Below, piece by piece: positions 30,298 through 39,424 of a stretch of DNA of 64,000 bases; position 1 is the first letter of the stretch; each line of letters begins with the position of its first letter. A program made the translations under genes and the position numbers. The notes under the pieces are model-generated. The model had not been told where the DNA came from, did no database searches, and worked only from the letters and a program-made list of their open reading frames with translations. Origin of the DNA: a bacterium (lineage in GTDB: Bacteria; Hinthialibacterota; Hinthialibacteria; Hinthialibacterales; Hinthialibacteraceae); contig CAXXMV010000001.1 in the NCBI GenBank assembly GCA_963662285.2, positions 320,001 through 384,000 of the forward strand. The letters are read 5' to 3'.

Positions 30298-33200
30298 ATG
30301 CGCAAACATAACTTACGCGATCCGGATCGCGTTAGAAAAGAGAGGCGCAACTTGAGAGAAATCAGCAAAGATCAAAAGCACTCACCGGGTGTTACTATAT
30401 TCATCGTTATTCTCGCGGCGACGTGGACGCTAATCGGCGACGTTCTAAACGCCGCGCCTGATGAGGCCGATGCCGCTAAACAAAATATCCTTGGACAATG
30501 GATTACAGCACCGGCAGTTTCCTGGCAACAGGATGCGACCTTATGGTTAGTGCTTACGACGGTTTTGTTAGTTCTCGGTATAAGTGTTCTTGCAGTATGG
30601 AATTGGATACTAAAACGTCGTATTACTGGCTATACGCAAGAATTGCAGAAAAAACTGGCTGACCACAAACAAGCTGAAGAGAAACTCAAAAATAATCAAA
30701 AATTCCTTGACAATATTCTTGATCAAAGCCCATTTCCCACATGGATATCTGATATCAATGGTACGATGATACGGGCTAATCCTGCTTTAACAAAAGCACT
30801 GAATCTTTCAGATGAGCAATTGATTGGTAAATATAATGTTTTTCAAGACACTAATGCAGAAAAAAACAACCTCTTAGAGATATTTAATGATGCATTGGAG
30901 AAGGGAAAGACCAGTGAATTTACTCTAATCTGGAGCGGGAAAGAGATTAAAGACTTAAATCTCAAAGACTCTAACACTGTTTATGCCGAAGGTAATGTAT
31001 TTCCAATTTATAATAATGAAGGAAAAATCACAAATTTAGTCGTCACCTGGAAGGATGCAAGTGCTAGAAAATATGCCGAGGAGGAATTGCACAAAAGCGA
31101 AGAGAGGTTTCGCAGACTAGCAGAGAACGCCCAAGACATGATCTACCACATGTCTCTACCCGATGGACGCTATGAATACGTCAGCCCGGCCTCGACAAGG
31201 ATATTAGGACATACACCCGAAGAATTCCTCAACTCTCCTCTCTTGATTCAAGAGGTAATTCATCCAGATTGGCATGAGTATTTCAAAAAACAATGGGAAG
31301 CGCTCCAGGTGGGCAAGATGCTGCCGTTCTATGAGTACCAGATCATTCATGGCCAGTCAGGCGAGACGCGTTGGCTCAATCAACGCAATGTACTAATCCA
31401 GGATGATGCAGGTCAACCAACGGCAATAGAGGCTATCGTAACTGACATTACTGACCGCAAACTGGGCGAAGAGAAACTTCTGGCCTCAATGCAGAAACTT
31501 GCGCTGCACATTGAGCATACGCCTTTAGCCGTAATCGGGTGGGATTTGCACTTTAAGGTAATTGAATGGAATCCCGCCGCTGAGATTATGTTTGGGTACA
31601 AACAAGAGGAAGCGCTTGGAAAACACGCCTCGTTTATAGTGGAGGAAAGCGCGAGAGAACATGTAGATGTAGTATGGGAAAAACTGCTTAACCAACGTTG
31701 CGGAATCCGCTCAAATAACGAAAACGTTACCAAAGATGGAAGACCCATCCTTTGCGATTGGTTTAATACACCTCTGATCGATAATCAAAATGAAGTTGTT
31801 GGCGTAACTTCACTCGTTATGGACATCACCGAACGCAACCAGGTGGAAGAGGCGCGTAGGGAGCATATACAATTCCTTGAGAACCTGGAAAAGATTGAAC
31901 AGGCTATTAACCGATCAGCCAACCCTGATCAAATGTTGAATGAAGTGATTGAAACCGTTTTCCAACTATTCGAATGCGACCGGGCATGGCTATTGTACCC
32001 CTGCGATCCGGACGCCCCTTCCTTCAGGTTACCCATCGAATCGGCCCGTCCAGAATTCCCGGGTGGTAAAATCCTTGATCTTAACATTCCCATGACGCCC
32101 GCCATGCAGGGTGATATGAACGAAGCTCTTGCCGCAGGCGGTCCGGTTACCTACGGCCCGGGGAACGAAAAACCTATTTCTATGGATACCCATAATAATT
32201 TCAACGTACAATCTCAGATGTTTATGAGCATACACCCGAAGACTGGCAGCCCCTGGATGTTCGGAATTCATCAGTGCTCCTATCCTCGCGTCTGGACCAA
32301 ACAGGAGCAAAGACTTTTCAACGAAATCGGTCGGCGAATCGCCGACGGCCTGAGCAGTCTGCTCTTTCTACGCGACCTCGAAAAAAGCGAACAACAATAT
32401 CGTCTTCTCGCCGAAAACGTCACTGATGTAATTTGGACCATGGACATGAACTTGCGCTTGACCTACGTCAGCCCCTCAATTTTCCAATTGCGGGGTTATA
32501 CCGTTGAAGAAGCAATGGCTCAATCCCTGGAAGAAATGATAGTTCCTGAATCGATAATTGAGATACGGCCCCTTATCAAGCAGAAACTTCAGTTGATAGA
32601 AAATGGCGATGAAGAAGGATGGTCGCCGCTCCGTTTCGATGCAGAGATGTACCGCAAAGACGGCTCAACAATTATTACTCATATCAATATGAAAATCCTA
32701 AAAGGACCGGATGGGAAACCTAATCTCATCGTCGGCGTGACCCATGACATAACCGACCGCAAACGGGCAGAGACCGAACAACTCGCCCTGGAACGACAGA
32801 TGCAGCACGCCCAAAAACTTGAGAGTCTTGGCGTACTGGCCGGAGGCATCGCGCACGATTTCAACAATATCCTCATGGCGGTGCTGGGTTATGCCGACCT
32901 GGCCATTCGTGATATCTCAGAGACTCACCCGGCCAGGTCATACTTGATCGAGATCGAAAAAGGCGCCCAAAGAGCTGCGGACTTAACGCGACAGATGCTG
33001 GCTTATTCGGGCAAGGGAAGTTTCATTATTGAGAAAATGGATGTATCCGCGCTGATGGAAGACATGTCCAATCTTCTCCGAACCGCCATATCACGAACCA
33101 TCACCCTGAATCTGCATCTGGATCGGTCGCTTCCACCCATCGAAGCCGATGTCACTCAAATACAGCAGGTCGTCATGAATCTGATCACCAACGCAGCTGA

Positions 33201-34002
33201 CGCCATCAGCGACGGGATCGGCGTCGTAACCCTGTCCACTGGCAAAGCTGAGTGTACAGAGGAGTATCTAACTCAGAGCCTGATCATTCCCGCATCTCCC
33301 GGGGAAACACCGCCGGGCGTCTATGTCTATTTCGAGGTAAGCGATAACGGCTGCGGCATGGACAAAGACACCAAGGCAAAGATTTTCGAGCCTTTCTTCA
33401 CCACCAAGTTCACCGGACGGGGTCTTGGCATGGCCGCCGTACTGGGTATCATTCGTGGACACAAAGGCGCCATTCTGCTCGATACAGCGCCTGGCCAAGG
33501 CGCTACATTCCGGATTCTATTCCCGGCGCTTGAAGGAAAGCATATGGACGCTGCTCAAAAAAACTCTAAATCATCAGAAACAGAAAACCTAACGGAACAA
33601 GGCGTGATCCTCGTGATTGACGACGAGGAAATAGTACGCAAATTAACGACTCGATTTCTCAATCGTATGGGATTTACGGTTCTAACTGCGGAGAACGGTC
33701 GCGAAGGCGTTAAAGTGTTTCGCGAACATGCCCAAGAAATCATCTGCATACTGCTAGACCTGACTATGCCCCTCATGGGCGGCGCAGAAACCCTTGAAGA
33801 ACTGCTCATAATTCAACCCGATGTCAGGGTGATCTTATGCAGCGGCTACAACGAGCAAACCATAAGTCAGCGCTTCGAAGGAAAAGGTTTAGCCGGTTTC
33901 ATCCAAAAACCATACAATATGACAAATTTGCAAGAAAAACTCGATGAATTGCTGGGTGATAAACATAGCGATCCAGACGACAAACTTCCTGGAAACGCCT
34001 AA
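30298..34002 (+). CDS. Hybrid sensor histidine kinase (4 PAS, GAF, HisKA, HATPase, REC)
   Basis: AGGIAHDFNN; DNGCGM, FFTTKFTGRGLG; GAF CDRAWLLYPCD..HQCSYPRVW; receiver. Confidence 0.93.
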   Translation: MRKHNLRDPDRVRKERRNLREISKDQKHSPGVTIFIVILAATWTLIGDVLNAAPDEADAAKQNILGQWITAPAVSWQQDATLWLVLTTVLLVLGISVLAVWNWILKRRITGYTQELQKKLADHKQAEEKLKNNQKFLDNILDQSPFPTWISDINGTMIRANPALTKALNLSDEQLIGKYNVFQDTNAEKNNLLEIFNDALEKGKTSEFTLIWSGKEIKDLNLKDSNTVYAEGNVFPIYNNEGKITNLVVTWKDASARKYAEEELHKSEERFRRLAENAQDMIYHMSLPDGRYEYVSPASTRILGHTPEEFLNSPLLIQEVIHPDWHEYFKKQWEALQVGKMLPFYEYQIIHGQSGETRWLNQRNVLIQDDAGQPTAIEAIVTDITDRKLGEEKLLASMQKLALHIEHTPLAVIGWDLHFKVIEWNPAAEIMFGYKQEEALGKHASFIVEESAREHVDVVWEKLLNQRCGIRSNNENVTKDGRPILCDWFNTPLIDNQNEVVGVTSLVMDITERNQVEEARREHIQFLENLEKIEQAINRSANPDQMLNEVIETVFQLFECDRAWLLYPCDPDAPSFRLPIESARPEFPGGKILDLNIPMTPAMQGDMNEALAAGGPVTYGPGNEKPISMDTHNNFNVQSQMFMSIHPKTGSPWMFGIHQCSYPRVWTKQEQRLFNEIGRRIADGLSSLLFLRDLEKSEQQYRLLAENVTDVIWTMDMNLRLTYVSPSIFQLRGYTVEEAMAQSLEEMIVPESIIEIRPLIKQKLQLIENGDEEGWSPLRFDAEMYRKDGSTIITHINMKILKGPDGKPNLIVGVTHDITDRKRAETEQLALERQMQHAQKLESLGVLAGGIAHDFNNILMAVLGYADLAIRDISETHPARSYLIEIEKGAQRAADLTRQMLAYSGKGSFIIEKMDVSALMEDMSNLLRTAISRTITLNLHLDRSLPPIEADVTQIQQVVMNLITNAADAISDGIGVVTLSTGKAECTEEYLTQSLIIPASPGETPPGVYVYFEVSDNGCGMDKDTKAKIFEPFFTTKFTGRGLGMAAVLGIIRGHKGAILLDTAPGQGATFRILFPALEGKHMDAAQKNSKSSETENLTEQGVILVIDDEEIVRKLTTRFLNRMGFTVLTAENGREGVKVFREHAQEIICILLDLTMPLMGGAETLEELLIIQPDVRVILCSGYNEQTISQRFEGKGLAGFIQKPYNMTNLQEKLDELLGDKHSDPDDKLPGNA

Positions 34003-34189
34003 GGCGCAGTAAACAATCCAGCCAACCGAGGTTCCAATTATTAACTGATATAGCAAGAGCGTTATTTTCTATATGAAGAAACGTTATAACCAACGTTTCT
34101 CGAACTTTTAACATTTAACCTTTTATCAAGACGAAAGTATTGATTACTCACGCTTGCTCCTATAGCATACCATTGAGGTGAAAAGAATT

Positions 34190-34351
34190 ATGGAAAATGA
34201 AAACATGACGTCTCGCATTGAAGAACAATCCCCGCCAGAAGAATCGCCCTATGAAGCCTATGGTTGGGATTTCCATAAGAAACCGCTGATCTACGCCCTT
34301 ATTGTAACTGCGCTTTTTTATGCCTTTATTTTCTTCTTTATAAACATTTAG
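34190..34351 (+). CDS. Small single-pass membrane protein (53 aa, not in ORF track)
   Basis: GAGGTG RBS; MENENMTSRIEEQSPPEESPYEAYGWDFHKKPLIYALIVTALFYAFIFFFINI. Confidence 0.6.
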   Translation: MENENMTSRIEEQSPPEESPYEAYGWDFHKKPLIYALIVTALFYAFIFFFINI

Positions 34352-34400
34352 ATATTAATAAGTCACTCTTTTAACAAAATAGAGCTTGTTTTTCTCAATC

Positions 34401-34420
34401 ATTTGGCTATATTGCCAAAT
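34401..34420. promoter_or_regulatory. ArsR operator palindrome 1
   Basis: ATTTGGC-tatatt-GCCAAAT just upstream of arsR. Confidence 0.7.
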
Positions 34421-34432
34421 AGATAAATAATT

Positions 34433-34750
34433 ATGAACGACAACAGAAAACGCCGGCTGGAAGCAAGAGCCAATATCATAAAAGCGATGGCGCATCCCAC
34501 GCGGCTCTTTATAATTGAAGAATTATCCAAAAGCGAGCAGTGCGTATGCAAATTGACGGAAATGATCGGGGCGGATATGTCCACCGTTTCCAAGCATCTA
34601 TCCATCTTGAGAACAGCAGGGATAATTCAAGACGACAAACGCGGCGCCCAGGTTTTTTATCAATTAAAGACGCCATGCATCATGAAATATCTCGAATGCA
34701 TCGAATCGGTTTTACTGAAATCGAGTCAGGAATTATATAAGATTATATAA
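34433..34750 (+). CDS. arsR: ArsR/SmtB family repressor
   Basis: KAMAHPTRL, EQCVCKL (ELCVC-like), STVSKHLSIL. Confidence 0.92.
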   Translation: MNDNRKRRLEARANIIKAMAHPTRLFIIEELSKSEQCVCKLTEMIGADMSTVSKHLSILRTAGIIQDDKRGAQVFYQLKTPCIMKYLECIESVLLKSSQELYKII

Positions 34751-34785
34751 TTCCCCCTAAACAACTGGTTTTTTTTTAATTATAT

Positions 34786-34805
34786 ACTTGGCGAATTGGC
34801 CAAAT
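34786..34805. promoter_or_regulatory. ArsR operator palindrome 2
   Basis: ACTTGGC-gaattg-GCCAAAT upstream of the permease; matches copy 1. Confidence 0.65.
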
Positions 34806-34830
34806 AGCAAATAGAAGAAAGATTAGCATC

Positions 34831-36129
34831 ATGGATTGGAAGCATGAATCGAAAACATTTCTTATTATCGCAGGTTTGTTTCTGCTCTGTTTTTACCTGC
34901 CGGTTGGCAATCAACGGTTTGATAAAGCTGTATTGGAAGCCCTTGGTCTGGTGCAATGGTATGCGCAAGAGCATGTTTTGTTATGCCTGATTCCAGCATT
35001 CTTCATTGCAGGCGCCATATCGGTTTTTATCAGCCAGGCATCGGTAATGAAATATCTGGGAGTAAAAGCGAACAAGGTATTGGCTTATGGCGTGGCTTCT
35101 GTTTCCGGATCAGTCTTAGCAGTATGTTCGTGCACTGTGCTTCCTTTATTTGCAGGCATCTACAAAATGGGAGCGGGATTAGGACCGGCATGCGCTTTCC
35201 TATATTCCGGACCAGCCATTAATGTCTTGGCCATTATTCTAACAGTGCGCGTTCTTGGCCTGGAACTTGGCCTGGCACGGGCATTGGGCGCCATATTGTT
35301 CAGCGTCGCCATCGGGCTGGCCATGCACTGGATTTTCCGTAAAGAAGAATTGGAGAAAGAGAAGGTTCAAGCAGTTATGCCTGAGGCGGACGTCAAGCGC
35401 CCTCTGTTCCATAATGCGATTCATTTCGCCCTTATGGTGGCTATTCTCGTACTGGTCAATTGGAGTTCCGCCGAAACCACTGGATTTTTCGGCTGGATGG
35501 CTGCATATAAATGGGTGCTGGCTTCAATCTGCGCGGGGCTGTTCGCTCTGATTTTAATTGTATGGTTTGAAATAAAGATTTGGAAAATGGCTCTAACGGT
35601 CATTTCTGTCATAACAGCCTGGCTTCTCGCTTCTCAAACGCCCTTGATTCCCTTTGCGGTTGGATTAATTGGATTGTCATGGATTCTCATCTCTTCACAA
35701 GGCGAACGGGAAGAGTGGTTTGTTTCCAGTTGGACCTTCGCCAAACAGATTATGCCTCTGCTTTTCTGGGGAGTCCTGATTGCCGGATTCCTACTGGGTC
35801 GTCCAGGAGGAGAAGGAGTAATTCCCTCATCCTGGATTGCATCACTGGTTGGAGGCAACTCATTGGCGTCAAATTTCTTCGCTTCGGTGGTCGGGGCGTT
35901 TATGTATTTCGCCACATTGACTGAGATTCCCATACTGCAAGGTCTTTTAAGCGGAGGAATGGGCAAAGGTCCGGCCTTGGCCCTGCTGCTGGCTGGCCCG
36001 GCTTTATCTTTGCCCAATATGCTAGTCATTCGTAATATCATGGGAAACAAAAAAACAGCTGCGTATATCGCACTGGTAATCATCATGTCAACCGCCAGCG
36101 GCCTGCTTTTCGGCTGGATGACTGGTTAG
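34831..36129 (+). CDS. arsP: ArsP-family (DUF318) permease
   Basis: LAVCSCTVLPLF, FLYSGPAIN, MYFATLTEIP, GPALSLP. Confidence 0.85.
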   Translation: MDWKHESKTFLIIAGLFLLCFYLPVGNQRFDKAVLEALGLVQWYAQEHVLLCLIPAFFIAGAISVFISQASVMKYLGVKANKVLAYGVASVSGSVLAVCSCTVLPLFAGIYKMGAGLGPACAFLYSGPAINVLAIILTVRVLGLELGLARALGAILFSVAIGLAMHWIFRKEELEKEKVQAVMPEADVKRPLFHNAIHFALMVAILVLVNWSSAETTGFFGWMAAYKWVLASICAGLFALILIVWFEIKIWKMALTVISVITAWLLASQTPLIPFAVGLIGLSWILISSQGEREEWFVSSWTFAKQIMPLLFWGVLIAGFLLGRPGGEGVIPSSWIASLVGGNSLASNFFASVVGAFMYFATLTEIPILQGLLSGGMGKGPALALLLAGPALSLPNMLVIRNIMGNKKTAAYIALVIIMSTASGLLFGWMTG

Positions 36130-36160
36130 GCTAAGATAAAAAAAACCATAGGAGAACATC

Positions 36161-36391
36161 ATGAAGAAAATACTAATATTCGGAACCGGATGCGCTAAAT
36201 GCAAAAACTTAACTGCTAATGCAGAAAAAGCAGCTACTGAAAAAGGCGTGGAATATGATTTACAAAAGATTACGGATATCATGGAAATAACTCGATTCGG
36301 CATCATGGCCACTCCAGCTATCGCGATTGATGGCGCCGTGAAAAGCTGCGGCAAACTCGCGTCAGTAGAAGAAATCAAAGAGTGGCTCTAG
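36161..36391 (+). CDS. Small thioredoxin-family protein (MTH895/ArsE-like)
   Basis: GTGCAKC, GIMATPAIAIDG. Confidence 0.88.
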   Translation: MKKILIFGTGCAKCKNLTANAEKAATEKGVEYDLQKITDIMEITRFGIMATPAIAIDGAVKSCGKLASVEEIKEWL

Positions 36392-36506
36392 TACTGGGCG
36401 CCAAGGGCAAGACCGCATTGCGGTCAGCCCTTGATAAAATCACCTAGTATAAGGTTAGGGTGAAGGGTAGCATCAAACACATTACAATCACGAAAGGTGT
36501 AGAAAA

Positions 36507-36989
36507 ATGAACAGCAAAAAAATCATTACCATTATTTTACTGGTTTTCGTAGTAGGCAGCGTCGGAGCGATGATTTATAAAGAACTCCAACCAGGTCAAA
36601 CTGATCCAGACGCGATAACCGCTGATATTTCAACAGAAAATGTTCCACAAAACCAGATTATCGCTTACTATTTTCATGGCAACCAGCGCTGTCCGACTTG
36701 CATGAACATTGAAGCCTATACCAAAGAGTCATTGGAAACCAATTTTAAGGAACCACTTGATTCAGGCCGCGTGGTATGGCAGCCAATTAACATTGATGAA
36801 GCGGCGAACCGGCATTTTATAACCGATTTTGAATTAGAGATGAAATTGGTCGTGCTGGCCGATATAAAAGACGGCAAGCAAATCCAATGGAAAAAGTTGG
36901 ATCAAGTCTGGCCGTTATCAGGCGATAAACCTGGATTTTTGGAATATATCAAAGTCGAAACCGAAGAGTATCTGAAAGAATCAGTATAA
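36507..36989 (+). CDS. Membrane-anchored thioredoxin-like ArsF-family protein
   Basis: N-terminal TM; YYFHGNQRCPTC. Confidence 0.8.
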   Translation: MNSKKIITIILLVFVVGSVGAMIYKELQPGQTDPDAITADISTENVPQNQIIAYYFHGNQRCPTCMNIEAYTKESLETNFKEPLDSGRVVWQPINIDEAANRHFITDFELEMKLVVLADIKDGKQIQWKKLDQVWPLSGDKPGFLEYIKVETEEYLKESV

Positions 36990-37669
36990 TGGATTTCTTT
37001 TTCTGCTTTGGAACAGCCCTGTGGCTTGGAGTGCTGACTTCAATCAGTCCATGCCCGTTAGCCACCAATATCGCGGCTATGTCGTATATCGGGCGCAGAG
37101 TCGACCGCCCGGTATATGTATTATGGACCGGGCTTTTTTATACAGCAGGACGGGCGTTAACCTATTTCGCGCTTGGTTCATTAATTGTATCAAGTTTCCT
37201 CAATACGCCTCAACTATCCTTTTTCCTACAGAAATATATACACATGTTTGTAGGTCCACTATTAGTGGTGGTTGGAATGTTCCTCTTGGAATTGCTTAGT
37301 TTAAACATTGGCTCATCGGGATTGAGCCAATGGGTGCAGAAACGCGCTGAGTCATGGGGCTTCTGGGGAGCGGGGGCGCTGGGAATCGTATTCGCCTTAT
37401 CGTTTTGTCCTGTATCAGCGGCCTTGTTTTTCGGCAGCCTTATCCCTTTGGCGATTCAATATGATTCAGGCCTTCTATTACCCTCGATCTACGGAATCGG
37501 TACGGCGTTGCCAGTGGTACTATTCGCCGTATTAATCGCCTTGGGCGCTCATTCAATCAGTAAGGCTTTTAACCAGATCACCAAAGTCGAATGGTGGGCG
37601 CGCAGCATAACCGGAGGGATATTAATTCTAATCGGAATATATCTAACCCTTCAGAATATTCTTGTATAG
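36989..37669 (+). CDS. ArsG/CcdA (DsbD_2)-family membrane protein
   Basis: TSISPCPLATNIAA and FALSFCPVSAALFF; TAATG overlap with the upstream gene. Confidence 0.85.
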   Translation: MDFFFCFGTALWLGVLTSISPCPLATNIAAMSYIGRRVDRPVYVLWTGLFYTAGRALTYFALGSLIVSSFLNTPQLSFFLQKYIHMFVGPLLVVVGMFLLELLSLNIGSSGLSQWVQKRAESWGFWGAGALGIVFALSFCPVSAALFFGSLIPLAIQYDSGLLLPSIYGIGTALPVVLFAVLIALGAHSISKAFNQITKVEWWARSITGGILILIGIYLTLQNILV

Positions 37670-37687
37670 CGCAAAACATTTCCAATC

Positions 37688-38332
37688 CTATTTCTTTTGC
37701 AGTTGCATGACAGTTTCGCGTAAAAAGTCCATATCAATATTATGAGTTCTGGCCAGTTGCCCGATTTTAGAATTAGTCGGTGTATCGGCTGGGAGTTTCA
37801 GCGTTTCCAAAATGCTGGATGCCGCAACTCCACTTTGCTCTTCAATATCCGCCAATGTCATAAAACCTTTAATATGAATTGCCTGTGATTCCATTGGTGA
37901 AGAACCATGTTCTCTTTCAATCCCATGTTCCCGGAATAATCCTCTTCCCGAATTTGCTAACTCAGCATCTTTCTCAATTGGCAAAAAGAATGGCGCTCCA
38001 ATAAAAAGCAGAGATGTAATCATAACAAATAAGAAAGTTAGCGTTGTTTTTGATGAGAAATTCTTGGTAAAAAGAGAGCGAATCCAATTCCAATGCAGAA
38101 CAATATGCAAGAGCATGGCTGCTATAAAGGCAATCGACAGATAGAAATGAATATCGCCCCAATCATGCCGGTTCATGCCAAACAAAGATAATCCTTGACC
38201 TCCCCTCGAACCGGGAAGCAGGACGTATTCCATCAGAAGACCAGTTGAAATCATTAACACCAAAATATAAAACGCAGATAAATTCAATACGAAGTTGACT
38301 TGAGTTTTTTTCATTTTTCTATCATTCCTCAT
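37688..38332 (-). CDS. DUF4405-domain membrane protein
   Basis: RHDWGDIHFY..LHIVLHWNWI; C-terminal IKGFMTLADI. Confidence 0.8.
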   Translation of the reverse strand: MRNDRKMKKTQVNFVLNLSAFYILVLMISTGLLMEYVLLPGSRGGQGLSLFGMNRHDWGDIHFYLSIAFIAAMLLHIVLHWNWIRSLFTKNFSSKTTLTFLFVMITSLLFIGAPFFLPIEKDAELANSGRGLFREHGIEREHGSSPMESQAIHIKGFMTLADIEEQSGVAASSILETLKLPADTPTNSKIGQLARTHNIDMDFLRETVMQLQKK

Positions 38333-38416
38333 TGATTGTGTAGATACAATACTAACGTTTGCAACTTCGATTTTATTGATTGCAATATTAAAATATTAAA
38401 ATATTAATTCAAACAC

Positions 38417-38443
38417 AAAAACGGGGAACCGTTTGGTTCCCCG
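38417..38443 (-). terminator. Intrinsic terminator after the ABC ATPase
   Basis: CGGGGAACC-gttt-GGTTCCCCG followed by a T-run on the minus strand. Confidence 0.75.
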
Positions 38444-38474
38444 AAATTAATGCGATTCAATTAGAGCAGTTTTC

Positions 38475-39401
38475 TTACGCCACTTCGCCTTTGGTTACTT
38501 TCATGAACACTTCTTCCAGATCAGCAGGTAGTTCACGGAAGAAAAGCACTTCTACGCCTTCATCGAACAGTTTCTTATGTAATTTGGGAATCTCGCGCAG
38601 GTCGCCTTGGTATTCAACGCGGGTAACCTGCCCCATCATTTCCACATTCTGAACGCCGGGGAATCCCCAGATAATCTTCTCCAGGCGGTCGTCGGGGTGT
38701 AATAGTTCGATCTCAATTAATATATTCTCCCGAACCTGGCTCATAATGGTTTTAATGTCTCCCGATGCGAGCAGCACGCCGCGTTCCAGGATGCCGATCT
38801 TATTGCAGCAGTCGGCTAGTTCCGCCAGAATATGCGAGGAGATAAATATGGTTTTTCCCATGCGCTGCAACTCTTTCAAAAGTTCCTTGATATAGTGGCG
38901 CGCGCGTGGATCAAGTCCGGAGGCCGGTTCATCCAGAATCAGCACATGTGGATCATGCACCAGAGTTTTTGCTAGACAAAGACGCTGTTTCATGCCGCGA
39001 GAGAGACCTTCGACGAAATCGTCGCGTTTATTATCTAGATCAAGCAGATTGATTACATCCCGGATGATCTGTTTACGCTTGTCACGTTTTATATTGTAGG
39101 CCGCTGCGAAGAAATCGAGATATTCCCAGACCCTCATGCCTTCATAAACCCCGAATGAATCGGGCATGTAGCCCATTGAGCGCCGTACGTCCATCGGGCT
39201 TTTCGTGACGCTGTAATTATTTATCCAGGCTTCACCGCCAGTAGGCTTTAACAGGGTGGCGATAAATCTGATAGTGGTGGTTTTCCCTGCGCCGTTTGGG
39301 CCGATGAATCCGAAGATATCGCCTTTTTCAACGTGCAGGTTAAAATCTTTAACTGCTGTGTTCTCACCATATTTTTTTGTGAAATTCTCAATTCGAATCA
39401 T
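38475..39401 (-). CDS. ABC-2 type ATP-binding protein
   Basis: GPNGAGKTT, LSRGMKQR, LILDEP, SSH. Confidence 0.95.
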   Translation of the reverse strand: MIRIENFTKKYGENTAVKDFNLHVEKGDIFGFIGPNGAGKTTTIRFIATLLKPTGGEAWINNYSVTKSPMDVRRSMGYMPDSFGVYEGMRVWEYLDFFAAAYNIKRDKRKQIIRDVINLLDLDNKRDDFVEGLSRGMKQRLCLAKTLVHDPHVLILDEPASGLDPRARHYIKELLKELQRMGKTIFISSHILAELADCCNKIGILERGVLLASGDIKTIMSQVRENILIEIELLHPDDRLEKIIWGFPGVQNVEMMGQVTRVEYQGDLREIPKLHKKLFDEGVEVLFFRELPADLEEVFMKVTKGEVA

Positions 39402-39424
39402 TTGCGTCCCCTTGTCTCCCTCTG

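Noticed and set aside
34831-37669. Selenocysteine recoding in the redox genes
   Set aside because: All CxxC/CSC motifs use Cys codons; no in-frame TGA
38359-38407. TTGCAA x2 and AATATTAA x3 upstream of the DUF4405 gene as a Fur-like box
   Set aside because: Low-complexity AT sequence; not distinguishable from chance
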